From Octopus sinensis (lineage: Eukaryota), in the NCBI RefSeq assembly GCF_006345805.1, contig NC_043011.1:62001-126000 (forward strand): a stretch of DNA of 64,000 nt. Direction: 5' to 3'. The position numbers and the translations under genes were made by a program. This document shows, one piece after another, positions 24,911-42,848 of the stretch (its first letter is position 1; each line of letters starts with the position of its first letter). The notes under the pieces were generated by a model that searched no databases, was not told the DNA's origin, and was given only the letters and a program-made list of their open reading frames with translations.

Positions 24911-25044
24911 AAGACATTTATAATGATAAAAATGACAGAATGGAGTAGTGACACCAAAAGATGGCAGCAAGACTACGACGACGACGACAATGATGATGAT
25001 GATGATGATGTTTGACGTTGGTAGTGTTTTGTGTTGGAGTTCAA

Positions 25045-25081
<37 letters not shown>

Positions 25082-25399
25082 AAAATTATTATTTCGTTTT
25101 AAATTTTCGTTGTTGTTGTTGTTATTGCAATTCTCGCATGCCTGGGAGGTGGGGGTGTGAGAGTTCTCTGATTATCTCCTCTCAACCGATGCAGTTTGTC
25201 ACTAATCTTTCAAGAATTTTGAAGAATTGGATACAAACGCAAAGTGTCATTTCATCACAGAACATTTCACTCGAATTTTTTTCTCCTTTCTTTTCTCTTC
25301 ATTCCTTTGCCGAATTTATGCCTTAATTCTTTTTCTTTCTTTCTTTCTATCTTTCTTTCTTCTTTCTCTCCATTACGGATGATCGGATGATTAAGTAAT

Positions 25400-26560
25400 T
25401 CGTTGTTTTTATTCTTGTCGTTGCTGCTGTCTTTGCTTTTCATCCTTTTATCATCATCTTCTCTTCTTCCTTTTCTTTCTTCCTCTAAGTCTTCATGTCC
25501 TTGTTTCTCTTCTTCTTTTTCCTCATCTCTTCTTCCACCTGTCTTCTTCTCCCCTCCTCCCCTCTTCTTCTTCTTCTTCTTCTTCCTCCTCCACTTCTTA
25601 CACTTCTCTTCCTCTTCTCCCCTCCTCTTCTCTTCTTCCTCCTCCTCTCTTCTTCTTCTTCTTCTTCTTCTCTTCTTCTTCTTCTCCTCCCCTCCTCCTC
25701 ACTTCTTCGTCTTCTTCTTCCTCCTCCTTCTCTTCTTCTTATTCTTTTTCCTCCTCCTCTTCTACTTCCTCTTCCTCCTCCTCTCCTACTTCCTCTCCTT
25801 CTTCCTCCCCCTCCTCCTCCTTCTTCCTCGTCTTCAATCTTGTTCTTGTTCTTCTTCCTCCTCTACGTCTTGTTCTTGTTCTTGTTCTACTTCTTCTTCC
25901 ACTTCTTCTGCGGAGAAAGAGCGAGGAAAATATTAACGACTGTAGAAAGGTAAGGGTGGGTGTGTGCGTAGAGTGTGGCCGGGTGGGGGCTAATGTGTCA
26001 ATCGACTGTGAAAGTGAGTGCATAAATGTGTTTGTGCACACGTGTGTGTGTGTGTGTATGTGTATGCGTGAGTGTATGTAAGTCTGTATGTGTTTATGTA
26101 TGATGGTGTGTGTGAACAGAAAGGCGTGAAAGTATGTGGGTGTTCGAGTGTGTATGTGCAATGGTGGATTTCTTATGTGCATGTCTGTATGTGTATGTGT
26201 GTGTCTATGTGTGTGTGAGAGTGTGCGTGTATGGGTCGGTACCCTTCTATATGAGTTTGAGGAAGTGACATTATGTGCGTGAGTTCGTATATGTTTGCGT
26301 GTAAGAAAGATAGAAGGAAACAGAGAGAGGGGTAGAGAGAGGAAAAGAGGGAGATGGAGAGAGGAAGAGAGAGAGTGAGATAGGAAAAGAGAGAGAGACG
26401 GAAAAAGGAAGAGAGAGAGGAAGTAAGGAAGTGAGAGAGAGGAAGAGAGAGGAAAAGAGAGAGAGAGGTAGAGAAGAAGAGAGAGAATGAGAGAGAGGGG
26501 GAGTGAAGAAGAGAGAGAATGAGAGAGAGAGAGGGAGTGAAGAAGAGAGAGAGAGTTACA
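25400..26560. repeat. Polypyrimidine tract (25400-25910), GT-rich tract and polypurine tract (26300-26560)
   Basis: Direct reading. Confidence 0.9.
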
Positions 26561-26866
26561 GGCACATACAGATATGTACATAAAATGATACATTTATGCA
26601 TGTACATTACAGATCTATAAGTCAGAGAGATTCAATTCGCTTCGTGATGACCCGAGTCCCGTTATTGATAAACCATAACTATGGAGAAATGACAGTATCT
26701 ACGATTCAAGGTGATTTCAAGGCGAGTTGTCTTACCTAGTCTGAGGTGTTCCTTAACATTTGGCGTTGTCCAGGAGTTTTTGCAAGAAGCTATCCACAGC
26801 AATTCGGCGTATATACAAAGCATACGCAGTGTATGTGCGACGACCGATATATATATATATATATAT

Positions 26867-26898
<32 letters not shown>

Positions 26899-27493
26899 GT
26901 ATACACACACACCACTCACACACACACACACATACACACACACATACACACACATTATATATATATATCCTCGCTCTTTTACTAGTTTCAGTCATTTGCC
27001 TGTGGTCATGCTGGAGCACCACCTTGAAAAAACTAAATCGCTGTCCGGTATTCGCCATGATAGATCGCTAGCCACAACACATTCTTTATTTTCTCCCTAT
27101 ATATTTTTAAAGTATGTAATTATAGAAAATATAATTAAGTGCTCTGACATGCGAGCGCCTACACTAGATGTAGATGTCAAATACCTACATTCCAACTAAA
27201 TTTGTTCTCTATTTATAACCCAAGGTCGAATGCGTGGTAATGAGGAAGGAGATTTACAAACATTTCGGATAATCCTATACTTTAAGATTTCATGCTCTGC
27301 AATAAAGATTATTTTGCAATCCTCTGTAGAGACACACCGACAACTGTATAAGAGAAAAGTAGATATACGCACCGATAAATCTATTCGTAAAGATAAAGAT
27401 AAAAACGTGCATTTCCCGCGTATACATTCCATCTGTTCACCCACCTATTAATCTATGTGTATGTATGTATTATCTATCTATCTATCTATCTAG

Positions 27494-27526
<33 letters not shown>

Positions 27527-27550
27527 TATCTTTCTATCTAGATCTATCTA

Positions 27551-27579
27551 CGCGCGTGGCTTGGGGTCTCCTTGGAAAC
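27551..27579 (+). mobile_element. Start of a further Tx1-type ORF2 copy running into the assembly gap
   Basis: cgcgcgtggcttggggtctccttggaaac matches tgcgcgtggcttcgggtccccttggaaac at ~31925-31953; preceded by (ATCT)n. Confidence 0.7.
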
Positions 27580-27679
27580 NNNNNNNNNNNNNNNNNNNNN
27601 NNNNNNNNNNNNNNNNNNNNNNNNNNNNNNNNNNNNNNNNNNNNNNNNNNNNNNNNNNNNNNNNNNNNNNNNNNNNNNN
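27580..27679. other. Assembly gap (100 N)
   Basis: Run of exactly 100 N. Confidence 1.
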
Positions 27680-27867
27680 TAAATGTATATCACAGAATTT
27701 ATATGAGGTCTCGCTTCCTATTCATCAGTACTCCGAGTTTCGAGTCTCTGCTATCACTGCTGAACATATATAGACTTAATACCGCACATAAATATATACA
27801 CATATAAAGTTATACATGAATGTATATATATATATGTATAATATATGTATAATATATATATATATAT

Positions 27868-27899
<32 letters not shown>

Positions 27900-28218
27900 A
27901 TATATATATAGATATATATATATATATGTATATGTATGTATATAATATATATATAATGTAATTTAGATTCTGTTGGATTAGGTAGTTTAATTAAGGCACC
28001 TTCTTAGGAAGAGCTAATTTGCACACCCACGCAATACCAGGTGAGTATCAAACTCTCCATAGAATTTTCCCCCTGATATTCAGAAGGAAAAAGTTGATTC
28101 TGACTTCGATGTTTCGACTTGTTCGCACCTCTTTAATACAGAGTATTTTTTGCTATATATTTCACGTTCCTTGAACTTTCTAAATTCTTAAAACATAAAC
28201 TACAGACACTCACACACG

Positions 28219-28299
<81 letters not shown>

Positions 28300-28300
<1 letters not shown>

Positions 28301-29170
28301 ATGTACTGTTCCGTGATGGTAAGATCAACAAAAAAAGTACTTGGAATAATTGGAAAACTGGAAGAATGGTAGCATGATTTCCTAAAAGAAGCTACGCTGT
28401 AGTAGCGAACGGGTCCCTCTCGAGGGTGACAGTAATAGCGACTGAAGTGCCTCTCAGTTAACTCTCTTGGCGACGCAGCAGTTTACAGTTGCTTTCTCGG
28501 ACATACCATCAGTTACACAGACATCCACACTTACAAGTTATGCCGACGTTACAAAAGTCTACGAACCTTTCGATACTAATCTACAGAAAGACCTTCATGA
28601 AAATAGAAATGGGCTGAAGATAAAAACATGCAATTTAATGCATGAAAATTCCAAGCCTTCCGCTGTCAGCCATCTTGTGCTAACATGTCATAAAACGAAA
28701 ATTACTTTGGACCCAAAGGAGCGTCAATCCCAGAATCAAGTACAGTGTGTGATGTGGAGATTGTTGATATGAGCAAAGACACCTCGTTTTATGAACATAC
28801 CAACAAGATAGTTGCAATGTGTAGTCGGATGGACGGATGGATTCTGAGACCTTTCCGAACAAGAGACTAGGAAACCATACTGGCTCTATGGATGATTGGA
28901 TGATATTTGTCCTCAGTCGCCTGGACTACTTCTCTCAACTGTGGTCTCTCCTCGCAGTGTCAAATGAATCGCGGAACTTTAGGCAGAAAACTTAAATCAA
29001 TGGGATAGCTGGGCTACCGGGAAAGAGTTACGACTCTACTCCCTGGAGCGAAGACGGGAGATATATGCTGAGATATACATATGGAGGATCCTAATAGGAT
29101 TGGTACAAAACTTTGGCATCGAGAGTTATATGAACCATCGAAGTAGGGATACTATACTTTTGATATATAT

Positions 29171-29203
<33 letters not shown>

Positions 29204-29750
29204 TATTGCAGTACCTGGTCCTCTCTTTAGACGGGATACAGGTGACCTTTGAAAGAGTGCATTGACATGCAGTTCGGAAGCTGGTATAACACTCGATGCC
29301 AAAGTTTGTTGCAGACATAAATACATATAAATATATATACATATATACCTACACACATATGTATATATATTTATATGTATTTATGTCTGCACCAAACTTT
29401 GGCATCGAGTGTTATACCAGCTTCCGAACTGCATGTCAATGCACTCTTTCAAAGGTCACCTGTATCCCGTCTAAAGAGAGGACCAGGTACTGCAAAAACT
29501 TGGGATTCAAAGCCCACAGCTATTTAATATCTTACCAAAAAATCTGAAAGAGCTACATGAAGGGAGGGTAGGTGTTTCCAAGAATCAGCTTAACCTCCAG
29601 CTGCTCAAGGTCCCAGATGAATCTACATCACGGCAAGAAACTCAAGAAAGGTCAGCAATATCAAATTCCTTCCTTCACCAAACTCAGTCGCAAAAGAATG
29701 GCCATTGAGAAGGTGATAATACTGGCGGTGCCCCCAGTATGGTGGCAGTC
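28300..29750 (+). mobile_element. Degraded CR1/L2-like LINE (RT and 3' region) interrupted by a fold-back duplication
   Basis: TLTSYADVTKV (YADD motif variant), GWILRPFRTRD, VLSRLDYFSQLWS, QLFNILPKNLK, KVPDE. Confidence 0.85.
29206..29495. repeat. 139-bp-arm near-perfect inverted repeat
   Basis: 29206-29344 versus 29357-29495, with 1 mismatch and a 12-nt spacer. Confidence 0.92.
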
Positions 29751-29788
29751 TTTTGAGGGGAAAGTATAATAGATTAAAAGAATTAACA

Positions 29789-29819
<31 letters not shown>

Positions 29820-30486
29820 CACACCACTTGTGTTGCAAGCCAGAACACTACTACAGCAGGTGTCGTATTATTTTTTCTCTTTGTTGTGTGAAAACGATAA
29901 CAATACCATAATGATACCGCATAACAACAGCAGTAACAAGAAGGCCAAGAGAAAAAGCAAACAGATTTTAATATAAAATAAACAACGATGACTCTTGGAA
30001 TATATTTCAAAGAATTATTGGTTTGTTGATGACGGACGTTTTTGGTGTTTATTATTAATAACACATTAAAGTTGTCCTTCGATTCAGCTCATCGTCCCCT
30101 TCTCCACCGCCAATAACAGACGCAGTTTACGGTTTTATGTTGCGTAATTTTCTTTCTATTTGGATGTCAACGAATATCTAGAATTTGGTTGTAATAAATG
30201 TTGGCATCAATAAAACGCGCTGACCTTGCAAAGAACAGATTTAACTCTAGGAGAGAAATACATCTCCGTTTCCTAGTCCCCAGGATATTCTGAACCTTTG
30301 TATACCAGTAACACTCTGCCTTACTGTGTGTCTAGGTGCATGTGGCTATCACGTGAGCTCTATTGTTGTTATGTCATTGTATGTTACAACGGAATTCTAA
30401 ATCAGGTGTTCGCTCCAGAATTTCACACAGGTATGAAGTTTTCAAATGTCTTATATCTAAAAACACTTCCTGATGGGAAGGAAGGG

Positions 30487-30526
<40 letters not shown>

Positions 30527-30639
30527 GGAAGAAGAAGAAGAAAAAGAAGAAGAAGAGGGAAGAGAAGAAGAAGAGGGGAAGAAGAAGAGGGGGAAGAAGA
30601 ATAAAAAAATCACCATTAATATTATTATTGTTATTATTA

Positions 30640-30670
<31 letters not shown>

Positions 30671-30695
30671 ATTATTATTATTATTATTATTATTA

Positions 30696-35960
<5,265 letters not shown>

Positions 35961-36899
35961 GTATATAACTGTGTGTTAGCTCAAAGGGCGCGTGTGTGTG
36001 TATGCGGATGTGTGTGTCCATATACGGCGGTCCTAGCACAGTGTGTGTACTGGTCATAAACTGGCAAAAGCTGGTGCTGGTGTTTTAGCTTTGAGACGTT
36101 GACCCAAATTAATTTTATTGATCCATAATAGCATATGGAGGGCGTTTGTAATTGATAGCTGAACAATCTCTAAATTACTTTCACTGCTTTCTTTTGTACA
36201 TACATACATATGTACATACATACATATATGTGTGTGTGCGCGTATATATACATATTTATGTATATATATATATATATACACAGATATACATATGTATGTA
36301 TATACATATATCTGCATATATGTATATATGCATGTAAATATGTATGTATGTATGTATGTATATATATATATATATACATATATACACATGTACAAATATA
36401 CACACACAGATGCATATGTTGCGTAAGTATGAAACTAGGTAGAGGGGAGGGGGAGACGTTGCAGCGCGTAAGTGACAGAATCTAATATAGTTAATATTGT
36501 TGCTTAATAAATAAAGCTGACCTTAACGGCCATATATTACGACTGTATATTCGGTAGCAATTTATTATAATCTTTATATACACCAACAATCGTCAGTTAA
36601 TTACCTCGCTTCAAATATAACAATGGGATTTCGTTTTGTGGCCTCGTCTTGTCACTGTGTTGCTACAGCTCCCCCTCCCCCTGCACCCACCACCACCACC
36701 ACCACCACCACCACCACCGCCACCACCACCACCACCACCACCACCACCACCACCACCGCCACCGCCGCCGCCGCCGCTGCTGTCACCGTACTCATAATCG
36801 TTAACGCCGACATTGTAGTCATCACCAGCACCACCATCATCATCATTATTGTAGTTAATGTATGATGTAATATCTCAATCTAAAAGCGTTTAAATCTTT

Positions 36900-37175
36900 T
36901 GTGTGTGCATACGTGTATGTATGTATGTACGTATGTATGTATGTATGTATGTATGTATGTATGTATGTATGTATGCATGTATGTATGTATGTATGTATGT
37001 ATGTGTGTATGCATGTATGTATGTATGTATGTATGTATTGTATGTATGTATGTATGTATGTATGTATGTATGTATGTATGTGTGTATGTATGTATGTATG
37101 TATGTATGTATGTATGTATGCATGCATGCAAGTATTGTATGTATGTATGTATGTATGTATGTATGTGTGTATGTA
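36900..37175. repeat. (GTAT)n array
   Basis: Direct reading. Confidence 0.95.
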
Positions 37176-37990
37176 GTCCTGTTCTCTGTTTCGTAATTTA
37201 GAGTTAATTCTGTCCGGATCCCCTATTTGATACCAAATCTGTGAAGGAGTGCATCTTGTGTTGTTCCTCTTCCTTCCAATCTTAGGAAGGTCTTGAAGAT
37301 TTTTACAGTCCCAGATATCGTGATCATTTCTGGTGAATCAATTAAGGATTTCTCTCCAACAAACCAACTTCGGCCATAATCTGCTCCAGACTGGCTGCTA
37401 CATACCCTGTTGCTGCAATATTATTATGTATAAAGCTGAAAGTGTATCTTGGGTACTGGATTTGCAAACTCCTTATCAATGGTCCACAGACATTCTCTTT
37501 CTCTTGAACTTTTCTAACCACATTCGTATCCCGAGGACAGCTGATTTCAACAACAGAACATATTTTTTTTCTTCCGGCCCCGCACAACAATATCTGGCCG
37601 GTTGTTCCACCATATTGGTCTTAGTATAGTCAACTTTGTCTGTCGGTGTTTACTTTTTTGCTATCCTATTCCAGACTCTTCTGGCCACTGCATCATGCCT
37701 CACGAGTAGATAACCTCTGAAAACCATTCTATCGTAGTTGTCAATAATGTAGTTGTTGACCTCAATCTTGACCCAGCCTACATTTGTTGTCTGTCAGTGT
37801 TTCCTGCTTTTATGCTATAGGTACACGGTGGGGATCTCTTGTCCTTGAGGAGCATGGATGTAGCCCCCGAAGTCGGATGTCGGTTCTCTATGTCAGTTCA
37901 TTCTATGGTTTGTCACTTTTCTACTAAGAACCCATGCACTATCTTCTTAGTGAACTTAACCATTTTGCACTTTGTTCTTTGGGAAAATAG
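37165..37990 (-). mobile_element. Divergent RLE-type LINE 3' fragment
   Basis: NRPDIVV..KKICSVVEISCPRDTNVVRKVQEKEN..GPL; RHDAVAR upstream on the minus strand. Confidence 0.75.
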
Positions 37991-38462
37991 GATTTTCCCA
38001 AAGAAGACCTTTGCTCCTCTTTTTCTCTCTCTTCTCTTCTCACGTGACCGCTGGCCGACTACTAACCCTTTTGCGTCGGAGCACGACCACGGAACATCGT
38101 ACTTTTCGTCTGCCGTAAGGCTTAATTCTCAACACGGCAGCTGAATTCAATTCGTCTCCAGTCGAAAGACGCCTGTTGTTATGTCCTGTTATTATTATTA
38201 TATTGTTTTTTGTACTTATATTCGTGTAACATCGTCCGTTTTTCTGCCCTTGTTTCGTATACATTCGATCCTTTTTCCAAGGAATCTAATGCTCTTAGCT
38301 TAGTTTTTTCCTTGGGGCTGGCCAGATTGGAGCAATCTCAAGATTAATCAGCCGAAATTGCGAGGATGATCTGGTTCTTGACTGAAGATTAAAGGCTTCG
38401 AATGACCCGTCCAGGTTTTTTGTATCGTCTAATTGGATGTTTTGCGCTCTTGTCCCATTTTG

Positions 38463-38516
<54 letters not shown>

Positions 38517-39240
38517 ATATATATATATTAATATATAAATGAATGTAACGTGTCTGGAATGGTACAACAATGCAGACACGTTACATTTCACAAACAGTAC
38601 ACAATGCTTCCAGCGAACTACAATAGTCTCTTATATACATCCATACAAACATACATACACACACACACATACACACACACATAATGATAATAAAACAAAA
38701 TAAAAGCGGCCTTAAAATATATATATTCTCATGATTTTATTTCTAATTTTTACTTTGGGTCTCGCTACAAAATATGCGCAGTTTGTGTGTGTCTGTGAAC
38801 TTCTCGAGAGAGTGAGATATGGATTATGGGTAAGCACATAATAGAGTGAAAATTAAAGGAATCCGGAAGTGCCTAAGATTATTTTACCTGTTGAGGAGCC
38901 ACCACACCGTTGTTACTGAATTATATCTATTTATATAAATAATTTATAGAATAAATTTATGTAATGCTTTATGAAGAAAAACTCAGCAGCTTGGAGCTGG
39001 GGTCAGTTGCAGAAGCAAATTCTGTAATTTGCAATTAAAGCAGGTTTTTTTTCTATCTCTGTGCTAGATAAATTGTTATATGATATATATGCAAATGCAG
39101 TTGTAGCTTATATATAGGCATGATCATATATACTTACTTTAATAAATATATAAATACATACACACACAGAGACACAGACACACATATATATAGTATATAT
39201 GTTTGTATATATATATATGTTTGTATATATATATATATAT

Positions 39241-39305
<65 letters not shown>

Positions 39306-39396
39306 CGTGCGTGTGTGAGTGTGTAGATGTGTATACATATATATATAATATATACATATATATGAATATAATGCTATGCATTATAAATATTAACAA

Positions 39397-39485
<89 letters not shown>

Positions 39486-39998
39486 ATATATAATATATAT
39501 ATAATATATATATATATGTTTATGTACATGTACATATGTGAATACATGCACATATACATATACTTGTATATATGTATAGGTTTATACATCTATATATATA
39601 TACATGTATATACGCATGCTATGTATGCTATGTGTGTATAGTTATAGCCATAGATGAAGGTATGCCTTCCATGTAACATGTCCACCTTGTATGTTTACAT
39701 GTGTTGATACATCTGTACGTGTGTGCAGGATTGTTTTGTACCTGTGTTTATGTTTGAGTTTGATACGAAAATAATCAAGTATTTGGCTGTCATATTCTGC
39801 GAAGAATAACACCTACATGACTATTTTTAATGAAACAATAACACCTTTAACATGGAAATAACACCTTGCAATCAGAGGTAAGACGTTCATTTCAACATTT
39901 ACAGTTGTCTAAATTCTCAATCGAATTTGATCTCCTTTCGACACTGATTTACTGCAGCCACTATTTAATGTTCATACCTACACACGATTCTTATATCG

Positions 39999-40095
<97 letters not shown>

Positions 40096-40104
40096 ATTCT
40101 ATCT

Positions 40105-41104
40105 TTCAACACAACCCAAGCATTCTATAGGGGATTAGTGGAGAGCAAGTACGACGATGAGCTCGGGACGAACATGGACGTCGACGAGGAATACCTGACC
40201 CGCTTGTTCAGGACGACTTTCGGGCCGGGACCTATGGACAACTTCCAGAGATCCCTGGCCTGGCAGTGCTACCGAGAAGTGCTACCCGCTCGGGATAAGC
40301 TCTACAGATACGGCTCGAGAAACACGGGGCCGACCTGCCTGAGATGCGGGCAGAGCGACGAAAACGTTCTGCACGCACTCGTGCAGTGTCCAACAATTTC
40401 CGACCTGTAGGCTTATGTCGAACGACTGCTGTCACGTGTGGGACGAGTCAGTTTATCAGCCGAGTCTATCGTCAATATTGTCACGCCTCCTCCCTTCAAA
40501 CGGGAAGGAAGAGCTATTTTCATCATCCTTGTGGCTATGGCGAAGGAATGTATCTGGTGGACGCGTCTGAAAGGATTGGAGACAAACACTTTCCTCTCTG
40601 GTCAATCTCTCATCAACTTCTTCAAGTATCACTTGAAAAGGAAAGTGAGAGTAGAGAGGCAAGTTTTGTCTAGCGAATGTTTTAAAAAAAGATGGGTGAA
40701 TGTAGCAAAGATGGCACGTTTGAATGACGAAGCCACCTTGAGCATAATCCTATGAACCCGGAATTTTAAAACAGAGGGTCACCTACTTACAAATAAATGT
40801 GGTAACAGTTAATGATATTGACCGAGGTTACCGTGGTCTCTTCCGTAGGCTTTTCTTCCCACGGATAAACCTTATCTGCTTCCCCCTTTAGACCTTACAT
40901 CATGACACTGTGATACACGATTCCTATTGATCGTGTTTTTATTTTCTTTTGTTTCTTTTCCTTTTTTCTTTTTTTTTTCTTCTTTCCCTTTTACGATCTA
41001 TTTTGATGGAAGACCTACCCCACCTTTTTTTTCCCGAAAAAGAAAAGCTCTACTTTGTAATCTGCCCCGTCTGTGTGCAGCCCTGTGTGGCTAATAAAGA
41101 AACA

Positions 41105-41105
<1 letters not shown>
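40105..41105 (+). mobile_element. 5'-truncated Tx1-type LINE flanked on both sides by (ATCT)n
   Basis: Highly similar to 34675-35692; (ATCT)n at ~39998-40104 and 41106-41200. Confidence 0.93.
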
Positions 41106-41203
<98 letters not shown>

Positions 41204-41230
41204 GTATATATCTATCTAGCTAATAATAAT

Positions 41231-41788
41231 AAATGCCCTGATGCAGTACCAGTCACTGCCTCTCGTGGCTTCTGATCTTAACTGATTGGAAGTGTTATCA
41301 TGTACATCGTCTTGTCTTGGTATAAAAAATGGGCTAGATCAAATATTCTGCTCAATACCACAGATTTGCTTGTCAGTTGTTTGACCTTAACTAGTTGACC
41401 ATGTCCCTTGGTGGCTGACGATATGTGCATCTCTGATCACGAGCAGAAGTAGTGGGGGTGCATCATAGCCATGTGTTGAGAGGAATTCTTCAGGGTTTGA
41501 ATAATTCACCTCTGGAGACATGGGTGTTTCGTTCAACATCCTTAAACAACCCTTATTCAGGGACCTTTTGGGCGGGATAGGTTACCCGACAAGAAGAAAA
41601 TTCTAACTGGGCCCCACCTGCAAGATTATGTGCTGTTTATCTTGATACGAGATCACCATGTTGTGCACATATGGCTGTGATACATGTGCCTAGTGTACCC
41701 TTATCAGACGGGTAGTCATGATGGGTATATTGGGCTTTGTATATTTTACCCCAGTGTCACTTTGATGGCAGGAACTGCTCTCTCACTC
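41231..41788 (+). mobile_element. (TAA)n-embedded non-coding retroposon, longest copy
   Basis: Matches 14676-15152; short (TAA)n on the 5' side and long (TAA)n on the 3' side. Confidence 0.82.
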
Positions 41789-41848
<60 letters not shown>

Positions 41849-42019
41849 TAATAATTATAATAGTAATAATAATAATGATAATAATAATAATAATAATGAT
41901 AATAATAATTAATAATGATGATAATAATAATAATAATAATAAATAATAATAATAATAATAATAATATAATAATTATAATAGTAATAATAATAATGATAAT
42001 AATAATAATAATAATGATG

Positions 42020-42054
<35 letters not shown>

Positions 42055-42361
42055 TATAATAATAATAATAATAGATGATAATAATAATAATAATAATGAT
42101 AATAATAATAATATAATAATAATAATTATAATAGTAATAATAAATATGATAATAATAATATAATAATGTAATAATAATAATAATAAATACATAATATCAT
42201 AATAGTAATAATAATAATGAATAATAATAATAAGAATGATAATAATAATCATAATAATAATAATATAATAATAATAATAATAATAATATAATAATTATAA
42301 TAGTAATAATAATAATGATAATAATATCATAATAATGATGATATAATTAATAAAAATAATA

Positions 42362-42439
<78 letters not shown>

Positions 42440-42482
42440 AAGAAGAAGAGAAGAAGAAGAAGAAGAAGAACAACAACAACAA
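41789..42482. repeat. (AAT)n grading into (AAG)n and (AAC)n
   Basis: Direct reading; internal higher-order units ataattataatagtaataataat recur. Confidence 0.95.
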
Positions 42483-42785
42483 TAATTGACGAGGTATGCA
42501 GATCACCATCCGAAAGCTGATATCAAGCGCTGTACTTGAGGAGAGACCAGGGCAGAAGAGGCTTAATTGCTGGAGAATAATATGTACAGAGGGAAAGAAA
42601 ATGACTAGTAAAGGGTTTACGGAGCAGCACAGAAAAACTGCTACAGGTAGTTAATAAAGAACTGATGCATGTGCCTGGTGTGCTCTCATCAGACATGTAT
42701 TTTACCCCAGTGTCCCTTAAGTACCCTTATCAGACGTATATTTTACCCCAGAGTCACTTTGATGGCATGCACTGCCCTTTCACCC

Positions 42786-42787
<2 letters not shown>
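42483..42787 (+). mobile_element. R4-type coding fragment fused to the 3' end of the (TAA)n-tailed retroposon
   Basis: HHPKADIKRLY..GRRGLI-like segment at 42483-42660, then gatgcatgtgcctggtgt...ttttaccccag..gtcactttgatggcatgcact followed by (AAT)n. Confidence 0.7.
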
Positions 42788-42824
<37 letters not shown>

Positions 42825-42848
42825 TAATAATAATAATAATAATAATAA

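Noticed and set aside
28008-28040. 33-bp AG/GTGAGT-bounded micro-exon candidate
   Set aside because: Too short to distinguish from chance; no recognisable peptide and no neighbouring exons to support it.
30284-30430. Several splice-like signals and an open frame (..NGILNQVFAPEFHT)
   Set aside because: Multiple alternative frames and boundaries with no recognisable homology; it cannot be supported without RNA data.
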